64,000 nucleotides of DNA. Origin: Camelus dromedarius. Lineage: Eukaryota. The stretch spans positions 102,674,001 through 102,738,000 of the forward strand of contig NC_087436.1 of NCBI RefSeq assembly GCF_036321535.1. Reading direction: 5' to 3'. Positions 1 to 14,496 of the stretch are shown here, piece after piece. The translations under genes and the position numbers were made by a program. How positions within the stretch are numbered: the first letter of the stretch is position 1; the number at the start of each line of letters is the position of its first letter. Below the pieces are notes generated by a model, which worked only from the letters and a program-made list of their open reading frames with translations, did no database searches and was not told where the DNA came from.

Positions 1-499
1 TAAGTTCTTTGTATCACTGTTATTTCAAAGAATATATCAGAGTGGCCTCACTGAAATATGTTTAAATGATTATTCAGTTATGTTAATTAACTAAATACTA
101 TTTTATTAACTTTTACTTTGGAGTTTTCAATGAATTTCATAGCACTTTAAAATACTTTCCCAAATTTGAGATAATAATTGTTTAAAATAGAAAGGAGAGA
201 ACAATAAAGAACCATATTTCAGTGTTTCATTTCTTACACATAAATATGAGTTTTGTTCTGCACAGTTTCTAAGACCTTCTTGGAACTATTCACTCATCAT
301 TAATTCAATAAACATGTATTAAATGACTTCCTGGTGCAAAGCATTGTATTTTATCATTAGATTTTTATATTATAATATGCTCTATCTTAGAATATAGTGC
401 CCATCTCTGGGTTATGTGGTAGCATATATTTTATGTCGATCGTGTTGATCAGAAATCATTTAATTGTGGAGCTTTACAGTTTTAATTCTCTCAACTCCT

Positions 500-1070
500 T
501 CAACTCCCTGATTTTCAGGAACTCTTTCTAAAATCAATATGTCAGTTCAGTATTAAAAAACTAATAATGATTTTCCATTGTATTCAAGATAAAGTTAAAA
601 TTCCTTACTGTGACTAAAACTCAGTCCAGGATTTTATTTCAATTTAATCTCATTTTCCTCCCCAAATATGTCCCTTTGGGAATACATCTAGAACTATACA
701 TTTAATATAGATAGACTGATAGATCGAAAAATCGATAGATCGATAGATAAGGATGTCTATATGTATCCTTGTTCTTTGGCTTTTTCTTGCTTGCATCATT
801 CTTCAATTTTCAGCTGGACATTACTTCTTTGAAAAGGTCTTATTTCCTTTCTTGGGCAACAGAGTTAGGTACTCACTCTACTGTTCTCCACTATCAAATC
901 CTGATTAGAGGACTCTTTGCCCTCTAATTTTTATTCATTTTTCATCTATGTTATTCTGTGTTGTCCACTAAGTTACTGCATACAAACATTTTGCCTGGGG
1001 ACTGTTCATAAACTGAGCAGGGCTTGGCATGTAGTAACCATTCAGTATATATCTGAATGAATGAACAAAG
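500..1070 (+). mobile_element. L2 LINE 3' fragment (degenerate)
   Basis: Ends in an L2-type terminus 'gcagggcttggcatgtagtaaccattcagtatatatctgaatgaatgaac' (~1017-1066); upstream 'ttccattgtattcaagataaagttaaaattcctta' resembles the L2 3' region; contains a degenerate (GATA)n at ~707-750. Confidence 0.55.
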
Positions 1071-2344
1071 AAGTGAGTAGAGAAAGTGAGATTTAATCAA
1101 AGTCAGAGAGACAGTGGCGAAATCAGAATTGGGATACAAGCAGTTTCCACATTCCTTGCACAGAGCTCACATTTTTACTTCCTTCTACCTAGGTAATGAG
1201 TGACATTTTCTAGATTCATACAGAGTAAAAAAATATATATTTCTACCTTTGGGTCAGTAGCTTAAAAACGAAGGTAAAGATTAGATGATGATTGAAAGGA
1301 AACAATTTTTTCTCCCAGCAGTAATTTGACTGAGGGCCACATACCTGCTTTCAAGGCCATTCATAGACACACTCCAGATTCTCTGTCATGAAGAAGTTGG
1401 TTTTGCCCAGAAGGAAGAACTCATGAGGACAACAGATGTAAATGAAGACTTTTCCCATTGCCCGTTGGAAAATGTAGTACTCCTTTATTGTACCCCCTGC
1501 TGTGAATCAGAGATGGGCCCCACTGCCTTGAGGGACATGGCAGTTAGAGACATCAATTACTAAGGAGAAATCCTCCACTAGACCTCCCCGCCTGTGACCC
1601 TTCCTTATCAGTACATAGGCAATTGTACACCCATCGCTCTAGTTAAGGACAGATGAAGCAGAGAATCAGACCAAAAATAAATAAATAAAAAGACTTTTTT
1701 ACTTTACCTTTCTGAGGGCACAACTTTGTACCATCCAGGAAGAAAGAGATGAATTTGACTACAAATAGCCAAAACAGGATGTATCTCAGTCTTTCACTAA
1801 TTTGATAAACTTATTTTAGGAAGTCACTAGTCTGTGCTTAGGATTTGAGAATAAACACTTTTGTTGAAGGAAATAATCCTTGTGAGGGAGGGAAGTGGTG
1901 AGAGGTCAGAAGCCCAGACACAGGGCGTGAAAGTGTGATAAAGACTGCTACCTACAGTCTGGTTCTAATAATGGCACTCAATATTTATTTAATTAAAAAG
2001 GAATGATCTAATTTTACCTTAATTAGCCATAGCCTCACAGGTGAGAATTAATTTTGTTTTGGTCTCTATGATGTAATCTTTTCCAGTCAACTGAGTAGTT
2101 TTATTAAGCAGATCAGGTTTCAGAATATTTACCTAATTTGGGGGAACAGAGTAGAACATGAAATCACTCACACACAGGAAATTCATTAAACTTTTATTTC
2201 TGTTTGGAGTATTTATAAAAAAAACTTGGAAAAAAATCTTCTGATATTATCATAATTACAAATCTTAAAGACTATACCTGTTTGCAACTGACGCAGAATT
2301 TCCAGTCAACAGATTTAAAGGTGGAAACAGCCCGACAAAATGGA

Positions 2345-2465
2345 TACCACTATTATTTCCAATTTGCAGATTTAAAAACTGAGACATGCAGAAGTTTTCT
2401 CAGGGCCACAGGCAGCGTGTGGCTTCAGTGTTACCCACGCGGTGGGGTGCCAGAGCTGGGCTCAT
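2345..2465 (-). mobile_element. MIR SINE core fragment
   Basis: 'tattatttccaatttgcagatttaaaaactgagacatgcagaag...cagggccacag' resembles the MIR core 'cccattttacagatgaggaaactgaggc'. Confidence 0.6.
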
Positions 2466-5324
2466 GTCAAGCCATTACACTACGGTCTCTTGTATCTAAT
2501 GTGGTCATTGAGGACATTTTAGATGTGTTGCCCATCTAAAGCTTATCATTGTTTATCACTCTTGGAACCTTACTCCTGTGTAAATAGCTTTCACATAATT
2601 AAGAATTCTTTGCTTACAACAGGAAATTTTGAACAGAGAAATTCAAAATCGTAGAACAATCAAATATCATTCTATTCAACTTCATGCCAACTATCATGGA
2701 GGGAAAAGCACTCCCAGTAATGAAAGTAGTAGGTCCATTTTAGGTCAAGATTGTCTAATATTCAATTCTGAGTTTTTGTTTTTGTAAAGAAAACCCCTCA
2801 GCCACTCACCAAAATATTTTGTAGAAAGTTTCTGTGCACACAGTCCCATCTTCCTCATACTTTGTGTCCAGTAGGGCAAACATGATGTAGAAGACAGTTG
2901 GCATTCTCCGAAGGTGAGACCAAGTGTGAGATGGAGAATTCCATAAGAGCACCCCTGCTTTAGAAGTTACAAAATGGAATGGATTTTTCTTCTCCCTTCC
3001 CCAAACACTCTCATACTAAGTTTCTGGGCTTATGAGGGAGTACAGAGGGAAAGGAAGTGTTAACCACAGGACAGTGGAAGATTTGGGGACATCCTGCCCT
3101 CAGCATCACATTTATAAGGATTTCTGATGATTCTCTGTGTAGAATGGGTACCCAAAAGATACAGTATATTTTTTTTAACCAGGATAAGGGAAGAAAATTT
3201 AGCTATGCATCTATCCTTGTTTCTTGTTTTTGTTTTTTTTTGTTTGTTTGATTCTTTTTGTTGACAGTAAATGTTAGCCAAAACTGGAAGAGAGAAAGAT
3301 TTATTTTTCTTAGTGAACACTGGATGTGTAATCCCATGGTCAAGAAAGTGCCTAAATCGACAGCATTCTGTATCATGGATTTTCCAAAATTGCCCATCAT
3401 ATCCTACTATTTATTTCAAGTCCTTAAGCAAGAAACAACGCTGAAGAGTAAGCCAGCTACAAATTTCATTGCACAGCCCTTCTAAAATCACATCCTCACT
3501 CACTGCAGCAGCTTGCCTGGGTTATCTGTCAGAGTTTGAACATGGTATCTGGAGGGGCAGGAAAGGGCTGATAAAATTTATTTGAACAATCTTTGTCTTT
3601 GCCTATGACTCTTAGCAACAAAATTATAGAAATAAATCCATGAAACTAATTGCCTAAGATTATAGTGAACATAGTGTGCTTCTAAGCTGTATGTAACAAC
3701 AACAAAGAACATCAAATGAAAAAAAGTTCTCAAATGTAAGGTCATCCACAGAGAAAAGCAAATAGACAAAGAAGCATAAAATGCTGACTATGCAGCTACA
3801 AGTCCAGGGAAAGGAGAATTTTTGATATCTATTGTTAGTTCAGTATAAACTCAGGGAATATTCTAGTATACAATTCAAAGAAAGCACTGAATAATTTTTT
3901 TGCCTTCTGGCTGCCGATGACATTGAAGGAAGGATGGACAAGGACTGACTTAGCTTTGGTCAGGACGTTTGCCTGCCTGGATGTATTACTACATGTAAGA
4001 TTTATATGTAACTCTTAAAAGAAAAATGAGTGAGGAGGAAATGTGGAAAGAAATTTATTCTGGAAATTTCATCAGCACATAAAATAATTTGATATCAATA
4101 TCAACCAAAAATATAAGGATTAATTTCCACCCACAAATGACTATTAGGAAGAAAAATTAACCTTTATAAGAGGGGTACACATAGAACTTTCAGAGATGAC
4201 TGTGTAGGTAAATTTAAATTAACTTCACTTCTATGATCTCAAATCTATTCATTGTGGGTTTTTCAGTGAGATAATAACTATAACATCAAAATATATATTT
4301 ATCTTGATTATAAATGATGTTAGTAATTTTATTAACTGACATATCTGCTTTATGTGATAGCCCAATAAATTTATCTAGTTTAAAAAATATGTTTAATCCA
4401 AAGACTGGCAAATTTTATAGCAAAGACATAATGGTCTACACTAGTAGAAAGGTGTGTATAATTCTGTCAATTGAATGTATACTCGGACAATTCTTTAAAT
4501 ATAGACAAAGGTACTTACTGAAATATATACACACAATGTATTTTATTTTAAGTCGGACTATTTTATGCAGTCTAACATGGTCCAAATGATTACTGAGGTG
4601 ATTTCTGAAGCTTGAAAAATTTAGCTTTTTCTGGAGTACGTACACTTATGGCCTAAAATGCAAATATAAGGGTTTGGCCACATAGAGCTATATACATTTT
4701 CAGTAAGACATAATTTAACCCACGGTGTGTAACTATTCATATGAGGTTAGTTAATACTGAGTCATTCCTGTGTGACTTGAGGTCCTTTTCAGTTTGTAGT
4801 ATACACTCGCTCACTATGTCTGTAGCATCACAAAGTGCTTCTGCAAGATGCCAGGGAGTTGAGGCAAACTTTTGAAATATAAGAATTTTTGTTTGAAAGA
4901 AATGTGTTTGAAAGAAGTAAGATCTAAAATCACATCAAACAAATAGAACAAGTAGAGCTCTTGTGTTCTTACAACATGATGATGTCTCACAGACACCGCG
5001 GACACTTTACCAACTCTCACTCTTCACTTCTCTGTGTTTCAGCAGCAGCATTGTCGCCCTGACCACACTTACTGGCTAAAGAATTGAACGTTCTGGAAAA
5101 AAAGCACTTCCTGATTTGGTTTACAGAAATATCATAACCTTTGATTTTTATTCAAAGCAAGTTATAACCTGCTCTGTACACCATGGCATGAACTCACTGC
5201 AGCATTCTGTTTAACAGATAAAATCATAGCAGGTTAAGACTAAGTTGAACCAAAAACGAATTATCCATTTATAAGTAATTTAAAGAAACTAATTTCATAT
5301 TTTAAATGTATCTTTCCATTCTTT

Positions 5325-5440
5325 TTATTAAGAAATATTTATTGAAAGCCTAGTAGGAACTATAACCTTAGCAGATGCTGGTATTTTAAAGATGAGTAAA
5401 GCATGCTTCCAGGTCTCAAGATGCTTAAATTCCAGCCAGG
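5325..5440 (-). mobile_element. L2 3' end fragment
   Basis: 'aagaaatatttattgaaagcctagtagg...gatgctggt...aagatgagtaaagcatgcttccaggtctcaagatgcttaaattccag' matches the antisense L2 terminus pattern. Confidence 0.55.
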
Positions 5441-8400
5441 GATATAATAGTAAACCTACCCTCTAATACAGTGTATTTAGGAATCACACAGTCATTTGCT
5501 ATTTATATCTCTTAGAAGTATAGCCAAAATTCATTCTCTAATGTCCCAATTAACACATACGTACTTCACAAAGTTGCTTTTGGGTACGTTTAATTTCTGA
5601 CGATGAAACCATATAAACTCTTCCAAAACTGTGAACTCTGTTTAAATTTATTATTTTTAAATGCATATAGCTTTGAAGAAACTAATTAAAGCAATTAGAC
5701 ATTTAAAACTGGAGCATTAAAGCATGACAAAAACTATTTTCTTAGACCCCTAATAAGAAATTTGTGTCTCTCCCAATCGCTGAAGAAGTAATAATTAGCA
5801 CCTCCCTTAAGGCTCATGAAAAATCTCCTTCAAAGAAAAAAAATGCATTTTAAAACATTAAAATTTTTTTATTGCATAAAATTTATTTAGTGTGAGTGTC
5901 ATTCCATACTTCTCACTCACTCTTACATTTAATACGTTGATAATATTCAGGTTAAAAATGTTACTGAGTGTCCTACTTCCATCATTCAGAGAGAATTTTC
6001 TTTGTGTTTTATTCTGTTAATCCAAATTTGTTTTAATTTGTTAATTCTTGTGATCTAAAATTTCTTCCTAGAAGTATGTTTTAAAACTGTATGGTGGGTG
6101 TCTTCCAGGTTGTTGGAGCACCATTCCCTAAGTGTTAGGAAGCCAGAATGTTCTTAATGCCACTCTGGTGGTTTAAATAAATTGAGAGTTTCTAAAACCA
6201 GCTATTTCATTCCAAGAGAATTAAAAAGGTTATAAATTGATATATCTTAGTTCTTTAAAGAAGAATCTCATGGATAGCACCATTTTGTTTTTGAGAGAGT
6301 AAAATATTAGTTTTATTTGGAACTGGGTATTTATAAATTTATAAATTTATAAATGCACTAATGAGAATGGTAAAATGAGAGATCAATGGTGATATTAAGA
6401 TCATTCTGGGCTAGACAAGCCAGGAAACTTCTAATTGTGCTCTAACCCAATGATACCCCTCTCCTGAGAAGTCCTTCAAGGAGATATCTGTGCAAAAGGG
6501 CACAAGAAATAGATAAAGGAAATGGTGCTGTTATTAACAGCTTCCCAACTCTGGTTAACTAGCTTGGACCAAACTGAGAGTGTCTGGCCTAGACTAACGG
6601 TTCTAACTTTAAAGAGTAATTAACAGCCACTCATTGCAGTACAGGAAGAATATTAACTAGAAAAATAGAAAGCAAATGCATATATGCTTATTGAAATGTA
6701 GCAACAGGGCCAGAAAATATCCTTACTTCCTCTCCATCTGTTTACGTAGGCTGGGTCTAGCAAAGGTGGAAATTCAAAAGAAGAAGACAAAAAAGAGATT
6801 TGGTCTGACTCCACAGAATCAAGATTACTTCATCTTAACTCTCCTCCTTCATGGAAGTTGACATATAGTCTCATGAATTGTCAGATTGTTAGGAAAGAGC
6901 TAGACAACAACAAAAAGCAGTTACAGAAACTGCTTAATACTGAGAGGCCCTCATATAAAGCAAGTGGCACCCAGGCAAGAATAACAAGAGACGTTATAAA
7001 GCCTGTCCTCTGTCAAACTCAACCCAGCTTGACTCGCATACTGCTCACCACATACGTTTAAACTTGAAACAAAGAAAACCCAAATGAAGAGAATTCACAG
7101 TGGAATCTTCTGTCTGTAACTTCCTGTGAGAGTGTTACACTGACTAACCTTTAAACCGTCAATTATATTGTACGTGTCCTACGCAAATTTTGCTGATTCT
7201 CATATTTTGCTCCAGAGATTCTCATCTTGAGACGTAGAGAATATTTGATGGCCTAGTTATCGAAAGAGAATTTATTCAATTTACTGTGCCTTGGGCAATG
7301 AAGAAAACACGGTATTAATATTGCTTTCATAGAGCTTATATTATTATATGCTAGGAAATAACCCATAAATAGACACATAGTGATGTTTAAGTAGATAATT
7401 AAAATCAAGGTAAAAATGAAAAAGTTGTCAAATTTTTTCTCTCTCTCTTTCGTCTCCATTTCTTTCTTTTATTTGACCTGCCTTCCCAGGGGAGGAACTG
7501 GAATGTTGGAGACAGCAAGGCACTGTGTAAATCAGTAGGGATGGCAGCCTGAGTCCTGAGCAAGTGTCATGCAGGTGGCCAGGGACACACAGGCTGGTCC
7601 TGTGTCCCAGTGAAGGGTATCTGGGACCTAAGAGAAAGCGAAATACCACTTTTCCTATTTCCCCTACTACTCTTTTCTCACTTTGCAGGTCCTCACGTAG
7701 ACCTAGGAAAGTTTTTGTCATATATTTCACCTGGTCTTTTGATTTTTTGCGCATTATGTTGTCACTATAAATATCCTAAATTCGACCCCCTTCTTGCTTG
7801 GATCCACCATACGCGACTGCTCTCTTCTCAGGGATTGGTCCCTTTTGTGAAAAATTAACTGCTGTCTTTGGGACTTAACTACTGGCCATCCTAAGGATAA
7901 ACCTTCTGAAAAACCTGACTCCAGAGCCTACCTTCCTTGCTCTATTAGCTCCTAAATCATCCTGGAACTCAGTGCTTTGACCTAGCTTTATATTGGAACT
8001 GATCAATGTGCGAATGGTGTGCTCCTCATATAAGTAAACTGGATTCTAACTTCAGAGCATCAGGACAGACCAATTCCTCCCCAAATTGTTTATCATCTTT
8101 TTAGTTTATATCTAATCAATTTGAGTTGGGTTCTTAAATCCTGAATAGCTCTTTTTTTCGTTAAACAGTTTCAATGATTTGTTTCCATTAAAAAAACTCA
8201 AAAGTTGACTCTCTTTTTAGTCATCCGCAATATAATATGTTTCTTTCAAAGTTTGTAGATGTTTCTGATAAATTTTCATTTGTTTGTTCTGTTTTTCTTA
8301 TTTTCTCAAGACTCCTTCCCTGAGCAGTATATATGCACTGTATTCATTATTTTGAATAAAGCATGAACGTATGCTAGACTGCTATATCTTAACATTTTCT

Positions 8401-8649
8401 ATTCTAACCACTCTCCCTAACACCTGCACCTTTATGTCCTGTCTGAGATGGGTATTTATCTACTAACATTCCTTAACTCTTTCCATAGTACAGATTTGTT
8501 ACAGTTTTCTAGCCATGTAATATATTTCTTAGCCACTATTCCATCTTGGTTTGGCCATGTGTCTAGTTTTTTTGTCAAAAGAATGAACATAAGTATCCTA
8601 GCTCTGGTTCAAGTCTTTGAAACTCATATCTGACTCTTCCATGCTATTT

Positions 8650-8887
8650 CATTACTTCCAATAGCTGAGTGCAAATAATGATAAAGAAGTAGGAGATGGT
8701 GGAATAGAAGCCCCCAAAAAGAAGAGTCCTAGGTCACCGTATCACTAAAGGGAAGAAAGACAGGCTACAGGCAAGAGTAACAGGCTAGAATTGTTTTGTA
8801 AATAATATAAGTAAGATTATTTTTCAGACATCATATATTTTAGATCATTTAATTATCACCACACACTTGCCTTAACTAACTAAAACA
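8650..8887 (+). mobile_element. MaLR (MLT1-type) LTR 3' fragment
   Basis: 'ggagatggtggaatagaagccc...gagtcctaggtcacc' and end 'ccttaactaactaaaaca' resemble the MLT1 3' half. Confidence 0.45.
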
Positions 8888-8919
8888 ACCTGAACCATTT
8901 TAACCCAAATAACTTTGAT

Positions 8920-9190
8920 GTTTTTCCATTGGGAAGTCTTCTGTGGACTCTCCTAGACTAGGCTGAGTGTTCCTCCTGTGTGCCCACCTAGTCCTTGTTG
9001 TATCACATATCATGTCCATCATTAAGCCATACTACAGAGCTTTAATTTAGCTTCCCCAGGTAGACTGTGTATGCTCACAGAATAGGAGTAGTTTCTGCCT
9101 TGTTCTGATAACATCCCCAGCACCTAGCCTTTTGACTTGGAACATATGAAGTCCTAAATAAACGTGCTCAAGTAAGAAATGAATGAACAT
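8920..9190 (+). mobile_element. L2 3' end
   Basis: 'tagactgtgtatgctcacagaataggag...atccccagcacctagc...ttggaacatatgaagtcctaaataaacgtg...aatgaatgaac' is a typical L2 terminus. Confidence 0.75.
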
Positions 9191-11335
9191 ACAGAAATAA
9201 TTTTGAAGCTATGTTGATTTAAGATCTAAAGGCTTGAGTGACACCTCAGAAAGTCAAGAGATAACACTAATTTGAAAACAGTGTCCTCTCCTTGTTTATC
9301 CATTTAATTTCTTTTAAAATAAAGCCTTACAACTTAAAAAACATTTCAAAATGAGTTTATGTAAGCTTTTTTAAAAATATTAGATATGTAGAATTTGAAA
9401 ATAGTAGTGTTCACAACATGTGAGAGTTAAAAAAATCTAATGAATAATTGTGCTAATTTTTTTATTTGCTGCAAAACGGTAATCAATATTTGTCATGCCC
9501 ATCAATATGCCTCATACACTTATTTAGCATTGATATATGTTAAATATAAATTAATACTGAAAGTGTTAGTGGCTATGCATATCTGCATTTGGTATGATTA
9601 ATTTTCAAAAGAAAAAATTATCAGCAGCCAAAACACTTCAAAAATGTATTTTAGAAATGCAAAGAAGCTTTTACTAGATTAACCAACCATGTGAAAATAG
9701 CGTCTTTGAACTGTAGATATTTTTGTGTAATATGACAGCTAACTAAGCTTTCCTTAAGAACAGTTTTTCTACAGAAACTGAAAAGCTTTTCCAACTCATT
9801 TATAGATTGGACAATTTTACATATTCAAAAGGAGATGATGCTTACTTCCTTACCTCTTCAATTTTAGGTGCTTGCACTCCTAAATAAAATAGATTTTATT
9901 CAGGTTAATCGCCTTTAGCCAGAATCTGAACTGTTTCTTGTTAAATTCTATTGCGCTTAGGCTTAAACCACTTCTTAGATGTCCCCTTTCATAATTAAGA
10001 TAAAATCCTCAATTAAAATCCCTTCTGAAGGAGTTCTGGTTTATTGTCAGCATACCACGACTACAGAATATAACTTAATTCACTGTTAGATCTCTAGACT
10101 TTACAGGGTAACTAAAAATGTACAATAATTCATGTTCATCTGAGTACATTCACCAATTACCAGTTGAACATTTCTTTGAGGTTAATAAGTGTGTTCTTTT
10201 TTTTAAGACTCTTATTTCGGAGTTGCAATCCACTTTCTAGTTCTCCTGCCCTATTAGTTCCAAAATCATCAGCAATTCACTATTGATTCTTTTGAGGTTT
10301 TTATTTTTGAATTACTCTTACAAAGGAACAAAGGTTCAGCACATTATATTTTATATCTAAGCCTTATCTGAAATATTTGATTAGCTTTTGGGACAAATCA
10401 TACCACTCGACATTCTTCCTGTTCCATAGCACCAGTGAGTATGAACAAGGAACTCTAAATATCACCTTTGTAGCCAAATATTTATTGATTTCACACATGC
10501 TTGTACATATGTATATGAATTTATCCTATTACCAATGCAAATGTTCTTCATTTATGGTAAGTTGTTTGTTGAGCTTTGATAGCAGGGCAAGGGGACCCAA
10601 ATCTTTAGTCATGAATCAGAGAGACCCAAACAAGTGAATCCTTTGGAAAATTGAATTGCAGCATGGTCTTTATGATTTTATTTGTCTGTTACTTTGACAC
10701 ACCTAAAAATTTTGGAAAAGTCCACAAAGTTTCAGTACTGAAAAGACAATGATGAATCCAGCCAATATATAATCCCAAGAGTAAAAACAAATTAAAATAC
10801 AGTAAAAGGTAATTTCTAACCTAACTTCACATTTCTGTTTATCAGCAAAAAGTAGTGACTTTGTAAAAGCTCACAGTGTCCATTATGTTACTTTTCTTTG
10901 TATGTTTCCTACATAATAAAGAAAATCATTTTTAGTGTTTTAACTTTATCCTTTTGCAATATTTTATTGCATCTGTAAATCAGCATGCATGCAATGATTA
11001 AAATATTTTTGAATGAAAGGAAAAAACATACATGTCTCTTTATAATGGTCAAGTGTCATTCATTCCCTGTAATCATGTTTAGATGGCTTTTCTCCATTTT
11101 ACCTCTTCTTTTCCTTCCTTGCTTAACTATTTTTGGCCTTTGCCAATATCTTGAAAACTAACATTTCATTATTTCACTCTTCCAATGTAGTGAACCTCTT
11201 GTTTTTCTAAGGGCCTGTGTAGTTCTGTGCATGAAGAGAAAATAGATTCCATATAGTTTGGTCTAATAAGTGAAATGCTTATCCAAAAGTAATCCAAGGA
11301 ACATCATATAATAAATTATGGTAAAAGGAAGGCAT

Positions 11336-11748
11336 TGTCGTAGATCAGGTTTCCTGGGAAGCAGACTTAGCAAAGGAGATTAGATGATGGAGTTTTGTTA
11401 GCACGTGCCCTCAGGTTCAGTGCATCACGGAGAGAAGTCAGCTTACAAAGCAGTCACGGTAAGTTGATCCCATGGGACACACTGAAACTGAGATAATCCT
11501 TTAGAGGTTTCCGAAGTTGAGGTAAGGAGGCCACGTCTTTATATTCCAGCATTTACCTTGGATGTGATCTTCCCAGGGACCAGAGTTTGTCCTTCGGGAA
11601 GTTGGTCATCTTCGTTTAAGACAATTCCCAAAGTGAACTCTCGGCTAAGAATTATCAACCAGCAACCTTCCCAAGAGCGGAAGGAATAAGTCCTCTAGAA
11701 CTGAAGGCAGTATCTGGCAGTGCAGCATCCTCAATAGGCAGTATGCAC
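11336..11748 (-). mobile_element. ERVL solo LTR, LTR16-like
   Basis: Starts 'tgtcgtagatcaggtttcctgggaagcagac'; internal 'gatcccatggga...gaagttgaggtaaggaggcc' and 'caattccc...cagcaaccttccc...ctgaagg...atctggc' follow the antisense LTR16 layout. Confidence 0.7.
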
Positions 11749-12844
11749 AAAATCATGACCTTGATGTAAAATTAAAAGTAAGTTCTTCCAACTTGATGTA
11801 TAACTGAGATACAGGAAAACTCGGTTTATCCTTGCAAAGTGGGAGGGAAGAGTATTGTCACCTAGATAGACAAAGTTTATGTTTAATACTTTCTTCCTTT
11901 TATTTCTGTACCTACTTTCCTTTCTTAGTAGTCTTTCTCTCTTTTTTCCTGATAAATACCCACTTTCCTTATATTTTTCTCTCTGAATTCATAATCTCTC
12001 CTCTTTTACACCCCCAAATATCCTATTTCCACTATATCTTGATTTCAACTAGCAGCCTTGAAATAAATAATTCTGTTTAACTGAGGTATGAAATATAATG
12101 TATACCATTAACAGCTGAGTATTTCCCACAATATTAGTTGTAAAATAACTCTTCACGAGGTGGTTTCCTGTAAAATGAATGTCTCCCATCCCCAGTCATG
12201 TCACAGGAACCTCTAAGTCTACTCTGTTCTTGACAACCTGTGATGGGAAACCACCCCACTAGTGATTCCATTCCTAATCTCCTGTGTGCCTAATAACCTC
12301 TGATTTTACAGATATAAGGGATTCAAGAGCTTAAGTCACTTTTCCAAAACCGCAGAAGCAGCTACTGGTTTTTCCTTTATGTCTTGATTTTCAGTTATTG
12401 TCCCCACAGCTATCACAGTGCCTAGAGCATACACTGTTTTTGATAAATATTTGTTGTTAGAAGTAGACAGAGAGACAGAAAATGACCTTCACTAATTGAA
12501 TACCAGGCAACAAAGCCATCAGAAAAGGAAGCTATTTTGTGGTCAAGAACTTAGAACACATTTACTGTTATAAAATTCACAGTGTATAAAAAGTTACGTC
12601 AAAGGTTATTTAATGGTTATACATTCTGGATTTTAAATACACTTAGCAGCAATAAAGAACTTGCAAAGAAGTTAATTGGGCTCTTGGTCATCACTATATT
12701 AAACCTCTGTTGATTTCAGGACAAATAAAATAAGTGAATTAGGTAGTAAATGGGAAACATTTACTGATATGATCTTTCCCTTTAGAGGTATATTCTAAGA
12801 AAGTGAGAAATAGAGCATATCCCTGGTCATGTAAACAAGACTGG

Positions 12845-13015
12845 GTAATTTTAATAATGAGTCTAGTAACTTTGCAACATTGACTTGCCTTAGGACTGTA
12901 TGGTTTGAGTGTTGTAACACCTCTGAGCTTTATTTTCCCCCAGCTGAAAAATGAGGTGTTTGCTGTCTGGTCTTTGAAGTCTCCCCAAACTCTACCATTC
13001 CCTGAATCTATGAAT
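12845..13015 (+). mobile_element. MIR3/MIR-type SINE fragment
   Basis: 'cctctgagctttattttcccccagctgaaaaatgagg' core and 'aactctaccattccctgaatctatg' MIR3-like tail. Confidence 0.55.
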
Positions 13016-14496
13016 ACCCTTGCTCATTTACATCTGCATCATTTCTTACATATTTTTCTTTCTTTATATGTGTTTTTTGTTTCCTAGTTTATAATACGGT
13101 GGTTGTTGCAACCTCATATATTCCTCTGGGTACTTTTTCTCATACGTGAAGCACACTGGTGGCTAAATCTCCAGAATTATACTTTTGAGAATAACTATAT
13201 TTTTGGCTTCTAAACTATTAACATATGTAGTCATGAAATGCTGAGTCAAATCTTGTGAATGATGTCCTGTAAGGTGTAGAGATTGTATTAACTTCTTATA
13301 ATCAGAGCACAAAACTAAAATATTCTGAAGCACTTCTGCTCTAAGGAATTCGTGTAACTATTACGGACCTGAGTATGTATTTTACAAAATAGATCAAGAC
13401 ATTTCCTGTTCTTGTGACCTAGATGTGGACTTTCAATTAGAATGAATTTTACTGCTTTTCACAGGTTTTCTAGTATACAATTCTCAATGAACAAGAAGTT
13501 TTATTATTTCATTTGCATAAATCATTATTTTTATAATGCCTCATTACTTATTGTGTAAATGCTTTGCTAGTTAATCAGAGACCCCAGCTTACTGTTCTTC
13601 CACTATATGATGCTAAAACAAACACTTTCTTCCACTTGCCCAATATATTACACATTTAATTCTTTATTTAAAAGTAAACACTAGGATAAATAGTTTGCAA
13701 AGCTTTTCTAATAGCTCAGATTAGTTCTTGGTTTTAGACTTTGAATGCTTTTTCCTTGTTGCTATGATCCTTCAGAATTTTTTCTAGTGCTCAGTCCAGT
13801 GAGATTTCCAGTTTGACTGCTGGCATTAATTTCTGGAGCCAGACACACTGAGAACTAGAAAGGCCATTTATTGTTACAGAGTAGCAAAGCCTTGTACCAG
13901 GAAAAATACTCCCCAGTCCTATGTGCTGGCTAGAAACTTTCATCTTTCCACGGTGTGCCTTTTGACATAAATAGTTGTGCTAAAATTATGAAGTGCTTCT
14001 GAATAAATCTACAGCATATTTTTAAAGAATAGTTCTCTCAAAGTAGTCCATGAGGAGAAATACAGCAAACAAACAAGACACTCACTAGAAAGAATGGTCT
14101 GAAATGTAATTGGAAATTGTTGATTCAATGCAGAGAATTTCATAATTAATTCTCCAGATTATTGCAATGATTATTCAAGTTTTCACATATCTTAGCCAAA
14201 CTCCTTCCCACACAATTATAAGAAATTAAAAAAGAAGTGGCTATTGTATTTCTAAAAGTTTAAAATTGTGTTATATTTTACTGTATGAAATCATGCAAAT
14301 GATATTACCATTATTGCATTGGCTCCTATGATTTTGCAAGAACTTAAATACTTTCAGACTTTCCAACACATTACAAGTCTCTCTTTTGTAGACGTGAAAG
14401 AAAGACAATAGAGACTTCTATAGAATTGACAATTGTCTTACTACTGATTCGTCCTCTGAGTCCTAATTTGAGTGTCTTCCCTCTTTATAAGTTTGT

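Noticed and set aside
6380..7070. Possible ancient LTR
   Set aside because: Composition is suggestive, but I could not define termini, TSD or family
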